From the human T2T-CHM13v2.0 reference genome, Homo sapiens, in assembly GCF_009914755.1 (NCBI RefSeq), contig NC_060943.1: a DNA stretch of 64,000 nucleotides, one strand, 5' to 3'. The notes below the pieces were generated by a model. The model was not told the origin of the DNA and did no database searches. It saw only the letters and a program-made list of their open reading frames with translations. Shown one piece after another: positions 51,916-64,000 of this stretch; the first letter of the stretch is position 1; each line of letters opens with the position of its first letter. A program made the translations under genes and the position numbers.

Positions 51916-54900
51916 CACCTGAGTACTCTTAATCAATCCCCATGGTGAGTAAGAAAGGGAGCTCAGAAGCATCAGGGTAACAATGGACAAGTGTGGGCTC
52001 TGGTTCGTTCCACCTTGGAACATTTTCACAATAATGATGAGGAGGAAGGAAAGTATAACAAAGTAACAGAAGAGGTAACAGAGCAGGTTTGTTTGCCAGC
52101 TAAAGCTAAAGCCTCAAAGGAGGAAGAGGTTCATCCCTAGCCTTCTGCACCCCATTATTTTGAAGAAAAAGAGTGGCCTGACCCTCCAGATCTTTCTTTT
52201 CCCGAGGACACTGGGCAAAAAGTAGTTGCCCCAGTGACTGAGCAGCACCTTGAGTGACCGCTCTCAGTTCTATTCAGGCAGGAATCCAGCAAGCTAGAGA
52301 GGGTGATATGGATGCTTGGCAGTTCTCTGTTAGAATATACCCACCTGATCAATAGGGAAATATTATGGCTATGTGTGAGCCTTTTCCTTTTAAAATACTT
52401 AAAGAATTTAAACAAGGTATTAATCAATATGGACCAGGTTCTACTTTTGTAATGGGACTGTTAAAGAGTGTTGCTGTCTCCAGTCAGATGTTGCCAGCAG
52501 GGATGGTAGGATTATTTCTAGGTAGGTCTAGTTTAAATTTAAAAGGAGTACAAGTACATACAGGAATCATTGATTCAGATTACAATGGGGAAATTCAAAA
52601 TGTTATATCTACTTCTGTTCCCTGGAAAGCAGAGCCAGGAGAGTGTATAGCACAGCTTCTGATTGTGTCATATGTGGAAATGGGGGAAAATGAAACTAAA
52701 CAGACAGGAGGATTTGGCAGAAAAAATAAACAAGAGAAAGCCACCTACTGGGTAAATCAAATTACTGATAAGCATCCTACCTGTGAAATAACTATTCAGG
52801 GAAAGAAATTTAGAGGTTTGGTAGATACAGGAGTGGACATTTCAATCATTTCTCTACAGCACTGACCATCCGCACGGCCAACTCAACCCTCTCAATTTAA
52901 CATAGCTGGAGTTGGTAAAGCCCCTGAAGCATATCAAAGTAATTATATTTTACATTGTGAAGAACCTGATGGACAATCTGGGACTATTCAGCCAATTATA
53001 ACTCTCTACCTATAAATTTATGGGGGAGAGATTTATTACAGCAATGAGGAGCAGAAGTTCTAATTCCAGAACAATTATATAGCCCTCAAAGTTAGCATAT
53101 GATGCAAGAAATGGGGTATGTACCTGGCATGGGATTAAGAAAAATTTACAAGTGTTAAAGAAACTGCTTCAAGTGGGAGGACAAAATTCTCATCAGGGTT
53201 TAGGATATCATTTTTGATGGTGGCCATTGTTAAGCCTCCAGAACCTATAATTTCAAAATGGTTAACAAATAAGTCAATTTGGATAGAAAAATGGCCACTG
53301 AGTAAAGAGAAACTGGAGGCTTTAGAGAATTTAGTTACCGAACAATTAGAAAAAGGATGCATAGCTCCAACATTTTCCACCTGGAATTCTCCAGTCTTTG
53401 TTATTAAGAAAAAAATCAGGTAAATGGAGAATTAATTCAGTTACACAACCTATAGGAACATTACAGCCAGGATTGCCTTCTCCAGCTATGATTCCAAAAA
53501 ATTGTCCTTTAATAGTCATAGATTTAAAAGACTGTTTCTTTACTCTCCCCTTAGCTGAGCAAGACTGTGAACGGTTTGCATTTACAATTCCTGTGGTAAA
53601 CCATCTGCAGCCTGCTAAGCGTTTTCATTGGAAAGTCTTACCACAAGGCATGTTAAACAGTCCAACAATTTGTCAGACTTATGTAGGACAAGCAATTGAA
53701 CCTACTTGTAAAAAATTTTCACAGTGTTACGTTATTCATTATACAGACGATATGCTTTGTGCTGCCCCACTCAGGAAATATTATTCCAATATTATCACTT
53801 ACAAAACTCGGTTTCTTGAGCTGGTTTAATTATAGCTCCTGACAAAATTCAGACTACTACTCCTTACTCCTACTTAGGGACCTTAGTAAATGACACTACA
53901 GCAGTGCCACAGAAAGTAACCATACATAAGGATCAATTAAAAACATTGAATGACTTTCAAAAATTACTAGCAGACATTAATTGGATATGACCTGCTCTAG
54001 GCATTCCTACCTATGCCATGAGTAATCTATTTTCTATCCTTAGAGGAGATCCTAATCTCACTAGCCCTCGGCAATTAATAAATGAGACTGAGACAGAGTT
54101 ACAGCTGACTAAAAAGCAAGTGCATAAAACTCAAATAAATAGAATAGATCCAGAAAAGACTTTAGACTTATTGATTCTTCCAACTCAGCATTCACCTACT
54201 GGTGTTATTGTTCAAGAGCAAGATCTTGTAGAATGGCTTTTTCTTCCACATACTAATTCACAGACTCTATCTCCTTATTTGGATCAAACTGCTACTCTGA
54301 TAGGAAATGGGAGGACTCAAATCATTAAATTGCATGGATATGATCCTGGAAAAATTATCGTCCCTCTTACAGAGGCACAAATACAACAAGTCTTTATAAA
54401 TAGTCTTAATTGGCAAACCATTTAGCTGATTTCATAGGTGTTCTTGATAGTCACTTTCCAAAGACAAAATTATTTTAATTTTTAAAATTAATGAATTAGA
54501 TTCTCCCTAAAATAACTAAATTTAAACCAATTGAAGGTGCTGGAAATGTTTTTACAGATAAGTCTACTAATGGTAAAGCTTCTTATTCTGGATCAAAAAG
54601 TAAAGTTTTCTAGACACCCTATACTTCAGCTCAAAAAGTGGAGCTTGTAGCTGTAATTGAGGTGCTGACTGCTTTTGAGATGCCTGTCAATGTAATTTCT
54701 GATTCTTCATATGTGGTTCATTCCACACAATTAATTGAAAATGCTCAGTTATGATTTCATACAGATGAACAACTAATGACTGTATTTACCCAATTGCAAA
54801 CAGCAGTTAGGAATAGAATGCATCCTTTTTACATTACTCATATTAGAGCTCATACACCTCTTCCAGGACCTTTGACTGCAGGGAATCAGATGGCTAATTG

Positions 54901-57318
54901 CCTAGTTGCTACTGCAATATCTAATGCTAGACACTTTCACAATTTAACCCATGTTAATGACTCTGGTCTCAAACACAGGTACAGTATTACTTGGAAAGAG
55001 GATAAAGCCATTATTCAACAATGTCCAACTTGCCAAATGGTGCATTCTACATCTTTTACAGGAGTTAATCTTTGAAGATTGGTACCTAATTCTCTTCGGC
55101 AAATGGATGTCACTCATGTTCCTTCTTTTGGTAAATTGGCTTATGTACATGTATGTGTAGATACATTTTCTCACTTTATTTGGGCTACATGCCAAATAAG
55201 GGAATCTTCTGCCTATGTTAAATGGCATCTCCTGCAATGCTTCACAGTCATGGGCATTCCAGCTTCAGTTAAAATGCACAATGCCCCAAGCTAGAGCAAA
55301 GCTCAAGCTACATTTTTCTCTATATGGAATATTAAACACATTACTGGTATCTCATATAATTCTCAAGGACAAGCCATAGTGAAAAGAACGAATCTCTCAT
55401 TGAAACAGCTGTTGCAAAAGCAAAAAGGGGGATAAACAGGGACTATGGGACACCTCATATATACAATTGAATCTAACATTATTAACCTTAAATTTTTTGA
55501 GCCTGCCCAAAGGCCAGATGTTATCAGCAGATGAACAGCATCTACAGAAACCAGTTGCAATGACAGAAGCAGAACAACTGGTTTGGTGGAGAGATCTGAT
55601 AACAAAAAGTTGGAAAATAGGTAAAATAATAACTTGGGGTAGAGGGTATGCTTATGTTTCTCCAGCAACCGATTTGGATACCATCAAAACACCTGAAACC
55701 TTACCATGAGCCAGATGCTGAGGAAGAGATTCTGGGAGGATCCCAAGGACCCCCTGGTTGCAGTCATGTCAAGACTGATGCTGAGGAGGACCCCAACTAT
55801 CATGAGCAACACCCATCAAATACAGCCACCTACCTGGGGACAGATCAAGAAGCTGTCACAGATGGTGGAAGAAAACCTGAGGAAAGCAGGCACGGTGAGT
55901 AATTTAATGATAGCTATGATAGCAGTGATCACCATTGCCATGAGTATTCCTTCAGCAAGGGCTAACACAGAGAACAGTTATACTTATTGGGCATATTTAT
56001 CAATCTTGGCTGGCAATAATGCCTGGATGTAATCACTCTATGATGCATTTACACGTGCTTTCTGGTCTCAGCATTTACCATAATAAATCTGCTCCTATAA
56101 CTGAGGCATACCACCCTCAAAAACCTATTTGTAAACAGAATTAAACCTGACCAGAAGAAATGAACATACTTGTTTGGGAAGATTGCATTGCAGAACAGGC
56201 AGAGGTGATGCGCAACGATTCCTATGGAATCATTATTGATTAGTCCTCTAAGGGGACGTTTAGCTTGAATTGCACCTCTCAGTCTGTGTGCCATGGCCAC
56301 ACTATGTTCAGCTGGTCTGAACAAAATGGTCAGATGGTAGAAATGGTAAGAAGTGCGGCAAGAGTTCCTATTATCTGGAAACATGGCAGTATAGTGGCAC
56401 CTCAACCTCAAATGATATGGCTCACTCTGGGAGCTAAACATAAGGATTTGTGGAAACTATTAACAGCTCTTAATAAGATCAAGATTTGGGAAGGAAAATA
56501 TACTATGCCATCAGAATATAATCCTAATTACATTTTAGAACTTTTTGAAAACAATACAATGTGAATACAAAGTTGTGTTCACCCTCCTTTTCTGTTGGTA
56601 ATGGGTGATCTAAAGTTTGACATCTCTAATTATCATGTAACTTACCAGGAATGTAGATTGTTCTCTTGTGTGAACTCTTCCTTGTTTAGTACTATTCATT
56701 CTATCCTAGTAGTGAGAGCTCAAGAAGGAGTATGGTTACCAGTGAAGCTTTCCCATCCTTAGGAAGCCTCTCTCTCTCTCCATATTACTGAAATTCTTCA
56801 GAAAATTCTGAGATGCTCTCAGTGTTTCATTGTTACTTTAATCTTGATTATTATAAGACTGATCACTGTCACAGCTACTGCTGCAGCAGCTGGAGTTGCA
56901 CTACATTCATCAGTGCAAACAGCAGATTTTGTAAATAAATGGCAAAAGAATTCTACTCTGCTGTGGAACTCTCAAACTAAAATAGACCAAAAGATAGTTA
57001 ATCAAATCAATGATCTCTGACATACTGTAATGTGGCTAAGAGATCAAATAGCTAGTTTAGAATATAGAATGCAGCTAAAATGCGACTGGAATAATTCTGA
57101 CTTTTGTATCACTCCTCACCCTTGTAATGAATCAGAGCATGAGTGGGAAAGAATTAAGAAACATTTAAAAGGTCATACTGGAAATTTATCTTTGAATATT
57201 GCAAAACTGAAGGAACAAGTATTTCAAGCTTCTCAGGCACATCTGATGCTAATACCAGGAACTAAAGTGCTTGAAGGAGCTGTGGACAGGTTAGCAGCTA
57301 TTAGCCCATTAAAATGGA

Positions 57319-57550
57319 ATGGGTGGGAATTGAACAATGGGAACACATGGACACAGGAAGGGGAATATCACACACTGGCGCCAGTTGTGGGGTGGGGGGA
57401 GGGGGGAGAGATAGCATTAGGAGACATACCTAATGTTAAATGATGAGTTAATGGGTGCAGCACACCAACATGCCACATGTATACATATGTAACTAACCTG
57501 CATGTTGTGCACATGTACACTAAAACTTAAAGTATAATAATAATAAAAAA
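57319..57550 (+). mobile_element. 5'-truncated young L1PA (L1PA3/4-like) 3' end inside HML-3 env
   Basis: GGTGGGAATTGAACAATG...AAAACTTAAAGTATAATAATAATAAAAAA. Confidence 0.92.
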
Positions 57551-60311
57551 GAAACTTGGAAGTTCTGTGATTTCAATGATGATTGTGCTTTTAATCTGTG
57601 TTGTCTTTGTATAGTCTGTAGATGTGGATCCCGAATCCTGCAAGAAGTAGCCCTCCATGACAAAGCTGCCTATGCCTTTATTGCTTTGCAGAAACATAAA
57701 GGGGGACTTGTTGGTTGCAAGCCCTAAGCCTATCATAAACAGGCCTTAAAGAAACTGGCCATAAACAGGATTTCTGCAGCAATGTGACATGCTCATGATG
57801 GCTGTCATGCACACTGCTAAAAGTTGTTGGTTTACTGGAGCAGGGCAAGGAACACCTGGCCCTGCCCAGAGCAAAAAACCACCCAAACCACAAATGATAG
57901 CAGAGTGGCCTGTGCTTTGACAGCATGTTTTTGCTGCAGATAATCAGCCAGAGCCTGTTTCTCTGCTGCTTGCTGAGAATGCTTTGTTTCCCATAAGGAA
58001 TGCTTTTAGCTAATCTTGCTTATCACTGGCTTTCTGTCAATAAATGTGCGGTTCAAACTCTGTTTGAGACTCAGCTCTGAAACCTGGGAGACCCCTGATT
58101 TCCCATTCCACACCCTCTATTTCTGTGTGTGTGTCTTTAATTCCTCTAGTGCTGGGTTAGGGTCTCCATGACCGAGCTGGTCTCAACAGGTGCAGGATTC
58201 AGCAACAATTGACAATACCCAAAATTTGTGGGGTCCCCCCAAAAAGAGGAGAGTCAAATCACTGAGGTGCTGGATACAGTGATATATCACAATCTTACCT
58301 TTGGACTGGGCCCAGACAGCAACATCAAACCACTCAGGTGCTGAACATAGGCATATGTAACAATCATACCCGCAGGAAATTCCAGTAATGAATTAACAAT
58401 CCTGCACAGGTCCCAGTTCTAGGTATGAGAGTCACCACATTTTCTATGTTGGGTCTAAGTATGGTAGTGAAAATCTCACCAATGAATTGGATTGGTGCAT
58501 GAGAGCTTTCATTCCTCCTGTAAACTGTGTTCACTCTGGCCCTAAGCCCAGATAAAATTTTCACAGATTCAGATAGAATTCCCACATGCCAATGAACTGG
58601 GTTTAGAAATAAGTCATCATTCCAACTTTGGCTGGATGTTCACATATGACAGTTACAATTTTAACTGTGGACTGTGTCTGTGTGAAATTCAGGGTCTCAC
58701 CAGTGGTCTCCATCCATGTGTGAGGGTGACAATCCTAACAATTGGTGGGGTGTACACATGAGAGCCACAATTTCACCTGTGTGCTGAACCCTGGAATGAC
58801 ACTCTCTGTACTACAAGAAATTTATATAGTATGCAAGAAAGTGACAATTCTCTATGACTTTATACAAAAAAAAGAAGACCCAGGATCATAACTACAACAC
58901 TAGGCCTAGCTATAAAAGACAGCATCTCTCCTACTAGATGGTTTGAGGTACGAGAATCACCATTGCATCTGTGAGCTAGGCCAAAATATATTTTACAATC
59001 CCATCTGTGAATAGACAGAGAGAAGGAGAGTCACATCACCTAGGTTTTTGGCCAGGAATACATCACAATCTTTACTGAGGGCAGGGACCAAACAGGAGTA
59101 TCACATCACTTTAATACTCAGCCAGGAATATGTTGCAACCTTCTCCTAAAAGTAGGACACAGGCAGCAGAGTCACATCACCTGGGTGCTGAGTTCAGCAA
59201 CAGGTAACAATGCTTTATATGGTCAAGACCCATGCAGGAGAGACACATCACCTGGCACCTGGGCCTAGTGATAATTCACAATTTTTCCTGTGTGCAGAGT
59301 GCAGGCAAAAATGGAGAGTCACATCTCATAGGTGACTGATGCATAGATATGTCAGAAGCCCCACTGTAGAAAGGGTCCAGGCAGAAGCCTCTTATTTTAT
59401 AGGTGTTGGATCTAGTAATATGTCCTAACATGGAAAATATTCAGGGCTTAGGCAAAAAAAAAGGGCGGGGTCACATAACCCGAGTGCAGAACTTAGCAAA
59501 ATGTAACAATGCACCATGTGGGCAGTGCCAAGGGAAGAAAAAAGACTCACATCACCTGGGTGGACGGCCCAGGCATATGTCACAATGACACTTGTGGGCA
59601 ACACCAAGGCTGGAAAAGAGGGTCACATCTTTGAGGTGAAGAGTCAAGATATATGTCACAAGCTCATCTGTGGGCTGGGCCAAGGCAGGAGAGTCAAATC
59701 ACTAAAATGCATAGCAGACACAATCATACCTGAAAGTCCAGGAATAAGATTAGAAATTCCATACATGTCCATGTTCTAGATATGAGAGTCAACACCTCCT
59801 GTAATGTTGGGTCTAAATACATGAGTAACAATCTCAATAGCTGACAAAATTTTTGCAAGAGAGCCACAATTTCTTCTGCAGACTGTGTTCTCTCAGTGTA
59901 GGCACAGCCTCATATGTGTGCTGAAGTTTGGTCAGAGTCACCAGCCCACCTGTGGACCAGATCCACATATGAGAGTCAATTCTCCAACTTTCAACAGACT
60001 CCATGTGTGAGCTCCAGAACCTCAACAGTGAGATATGCTTATGTGGGAGAATGACAATCTTTATTGTTGCCTGAGTGTGCATTCAAGAGACACTATCTCA
60101 CCTGTGTGCTGTGCACTCCTATGACACTCTGTGTCACCTGAGGGCTTTATACAATATGCAAGAGTGGTGATCCTCTGTGATCTTCAAACAAGAAGGAAAT
60201 CCAGATTCTTTTCATTGGTTCTAAGCCCAGAGTCAACATCCCTCTAATTGGCTAAGTCCAGATAAGAGTCCTCACCTTCCTATGAGCTGGGTTTAGAAAT
60301 GAGTCACCATC

Positions 60312-60609
<298 letters not shown>

Positions 60610-62463
60610 TCACCATCTCAACTGTGGCCAGATGTTCACATATGACAGTCAGAGTTCCAACTGTGAAATGGATTCATGTGAGATTCAGGACCTCACCAGT
60701 GAGCTCTGTCCATGTGTGAGGGTGACAATTCTAAAGGTGGGTGGGGTGTGCATAGGAGAAACACAATCTCATCTGCATACCGGACCCTGTTATGACATTC
60801 TCTATAACACACTAGGGCTTTACAGATGTGAGAGAGTGGTAATTCTCTATGACTTTTATACAGAAAGAAGACCCAGGATCATCTTTGTTTTCCTAAGCAT
60901 AGCTATGAGCAACATGATCTCTCCTACTGGCTTCTTCGAGGTATGAAAGTCCTCAGTACATCTGTGTGCTTGGCCAAGTTATATGTCACAATTCCACCTG
61001 TGGGTAAAGAACAAGCACTAGAGTCACATCAACTGTGTGCTGGGCCAGGGTTATGTCACAATCTTCCCTGAGAGCATGCACCAGACAGGAGAGTCATATC
61101 ACAGGGTTCTCAACCAGAGATGTTACAATCCTCTCCTGAAAGTAGGGCACAGGAAGAAGAGTAAGATCACCTGGATGGTGGGCCAGGAGATATGTTACAA
61201 GGATCGCTGTGGGCAAGGCCCAGAAAGGACAGACAAAACACCTGGTTGCTGGGCCTGTCAATATGTCACAGTCATCTCTATGGCAGAATGCAGGCAGAAG
61301 TAAAGGATTTCATCTCCCAGGTGATGGTTAAAAAAATACATCCCAAAGCACTCTGTGGGAAGGCCTCAGGCAGAAGCCTTCCAACTCCTAGGTGTTTGTT
61401 TCAGTGATATGTCACAATAACCAAAATATGCAGGTCTCAGGCAAGTGAGGAGGGTCACACCACCTAGGTGCTAGGTCAAGTGATCTGTTACAATCTTTTT
61501 TTTTTTTTTTTGGCAATGCTCAAGCAGAATAGAAAAGTCACATCACCAAGATAATGAACAAAAACATGTGTTAGAATATTTCTGTGTGAGAGCCCATGCA
61601 GGAAAGTCACATCACCATGTTGTTGGATCCAGAGATAACGTTGTAATACATGATGCATGTGGGTCTCAGGCAGGAGAGGAGAGTAACATCACTTAGGTGC
61701 AGGGTGCACCTAAATTCACATCACAATTTCCCCTTAAGCACACCCCAAGCAGTAGCAGAGAGTCACATCACCTAGGTTCTTGGTCCAGCAGTATTTCACA
61801 ATACCCCTGAGGGGATGGCCTAGGCAAACAAGTCACATTACCTAGGTGAGAAGCCTAGAGATATGTCACAATGTCCCTTGTGGGTAGGTCTCAAAAACAA
61901 GAGAAGAGACATAGCCTAGGTGCTGGGCTCAGCTTTATGTTCCAATCACCCCAGTTGGAAGAAGCCAAGAATGAAGAGGAGTCACATCACATAGGAATTA
62001 TGTCAAGTGGCATATCACAATTCCCACTGTGGACAAACCCCAGAAGAAAGGAGTCACATTATCTAGGTGGGAGGCCCAAACATATGTCACAGTGACTCCT
62101 GTGTGCAGGGACCAGGCAGAATAATACACCACTGTTTTACTTGTCCCAGCAATAAGTCCCTCTCTATTCTGTGGACATGGCCAAGGCAGGAGAGGAATGT
62201 CACCTCACATAGGTAAAAAGGGCATCTACCTGAGCTTGGTCTATAGGAGAGATTGTAATGGGTCAAGAAATATGTCACAATGCTCTCTGTGGTAAGGGTT
62301 CAGGCAGAGGACTCACATCATCTTAGTACTGGGCCCAGTAGTATGTCCCAATGCCTTCTAAGGGAACAGCCAAAGCAAAAAAAGTAATATCACCTTACTG
62401 TTAGGCACAGTCGTATCTCATAATCTCTTTTGTGAGCAGAAACTTAAAAAAAGAAAAGTGTCA

Positions 62464-62776
<313 letters not shown>

Positions 62777-63814
62777 TCAGCTAGGTGCTGGGCCCAACAA
62801 TATGTCCCAATACCCCCAGTCATTGGGGAACAGGCAGGAAAAATAAGTCACATTTCCAGGGTGATTGGAAAGATGTATCTTACAATGCCCTCTGTAGAAA
62901 GGTCCAGGATGAAGCATTACCTCACCTGGCTGATGGACTTAGCAATATGTCACAATGGCCTATGTAGGTAGGGCACAAGCATGAGAGTCACATAATCAAA
63001 GTGTGAGACCCAGCAATATGTCACAATAAACATGTGGGCAGCACCAAGGCCAAAGAGGAGACTCACATCACCTGGGTGCAAGGTTCAGCAATATGTCACA
63101 ATGACCCCTGTGGGCTTTACAAGGCAGAATAGAGTCTGGTTCCAGGGATATATCACTGCGAGCTGGGCCCAGGGAAGAGAGTCAAACCATTCAGATGCTG
63201 GGCTGAGGTGTATGTCACAATCACACCTGTAGGAAGGTCCTGTGATGACATTAACAATAACACACATGTCCCGAGTGAAGGGATGAGAGTCAACACCTCC
63301 TCCATTTTGGGTCTAAATACAGGAGTCAGTCTCAATGGTGGACTGGGTTTGTGCATGAGCCTCAATTTCTCTTGCAAACTCTGTGCCTTAAAGTTACAGC
63401 CACAAAGGTGCACTGAATCTTGGTTAAAGAGTCACCAACCCAACTATGGAAAGAATCCGAGAGTCCATTTTCCAACATTCAACTGCCTCCAAAAGTAACA
63501 TTCAGAACCTCAAAAGTGGGTTGTGTTCATTTAAGTAGATGACAATCTTTGCTATTAACTGGGTGTGAATATGACTGTCGCAATCTCACCTGTGTGCTCA
63601 GCCTTGCCAGTACACTCTTTTTACCACCTGGGTGCTTTATATGGTATGCAGGAGAGTTGCAATCTGCTCTGAGACCTTTGTACTTCTGTGGATTCTTAAT
63701 CTTATGTGGTCCTAAGTCTAACTATGAGAGTCAACATCTCTCATATTGCCAGGGTCCAGACAGGAGAGTCCTCACTTGCCAATGAGCTGGGTTTAGAAAT
63801 GAGCCAGCATCTCA

Positions 63815-64000
63815 CCTGGGCATGGTGGCTTACACCTGTAATCCCAACAGTTTGGGAGGCTGAGGCAGGCGGATCACCTGAGGTCGTGAGTTCAAGACCA
63901 ACCTGACCAACATGGAGAAATACTAAAAATACAAAAAAAAAAATTATCCAGGTGTGGTGGCACTGCCCGTAATCCCACCTACTTGGGAGGCTGAGACAGG
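63815..64000 (+). mobile_element. AluS (Sp-like), runs off the window
   Basis: Alu consensus. Confidence 0.88.

Larger units (their letters stand above)
49592..58188 (+). mobile_element. Defective HERV-K(HML-3)/HERVK9 provirus with MER9-type LTRs (5'LTR 49592-50100, 3'LTR 57709-58188)
   Basis: Paired LTRs TG...CA; flanks GGTGCA(A)/GGTGCA(G); degenerate Lys(CUU) PBS at 50103-50120; gag remnant, dUTPase (GRSS, IDSDYNGEI), protease (LVDTG), G-patch, RT ([16 protein letters not shown]), RNase H, IN (QMDVTH), env; PPT AAAGGGGG. Confidence 0.93.

Noticed and set aside
53214-57443. HML-3 pol/env as coding-competent
   Set aside because: Multiple stops and frameshifts, YMDD changed to YTDD, and an L1 insertion in env

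Overview
Hominoid (probably human 19p12-type) genomic DNA from a ZNF91-subfamily KRAB zinc-finger cluster. From left to right: (1) a near-full-length decayed L1PB1-like element (1-6.76 kb, +). (2) A four-exon KRAB-C2H2 gene on the minus strand (about 30.2 kb to 9 kb), most like ZNF726/ZNF91 and probably ZNF725P. Its promoter motifs, splice sites and KRAB exons are intact, but three small indels in the exon-4 spacer give a predicted 120-aa KRAB-only product. This leaves a separate 437-codon, 15-finger frame that becomes 3'UTR carrying 11 miR-23 8mer sites. (3) A decayed class I ERV plus ERV1 LTRs (30.8-37.7 kb). (4) A diverged beta-satellite-like array of more than 26 kb (71-76 bp monomers plus a recurring ~0.7-1 kb spacer). 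It hosts a deleted HML-5/LTR22 provirus and an HML-3/MER9 provirus; the latter contains an SVA with two serial 3' transductions and a short young L1 3' end. About 36 Alus are scattered throughout. No intact protein-coding gene, RNA gene or CRISPR is supported. Subfamily names come from recalled consensus sequences, not from a search, and repeat boundaries are approximate.
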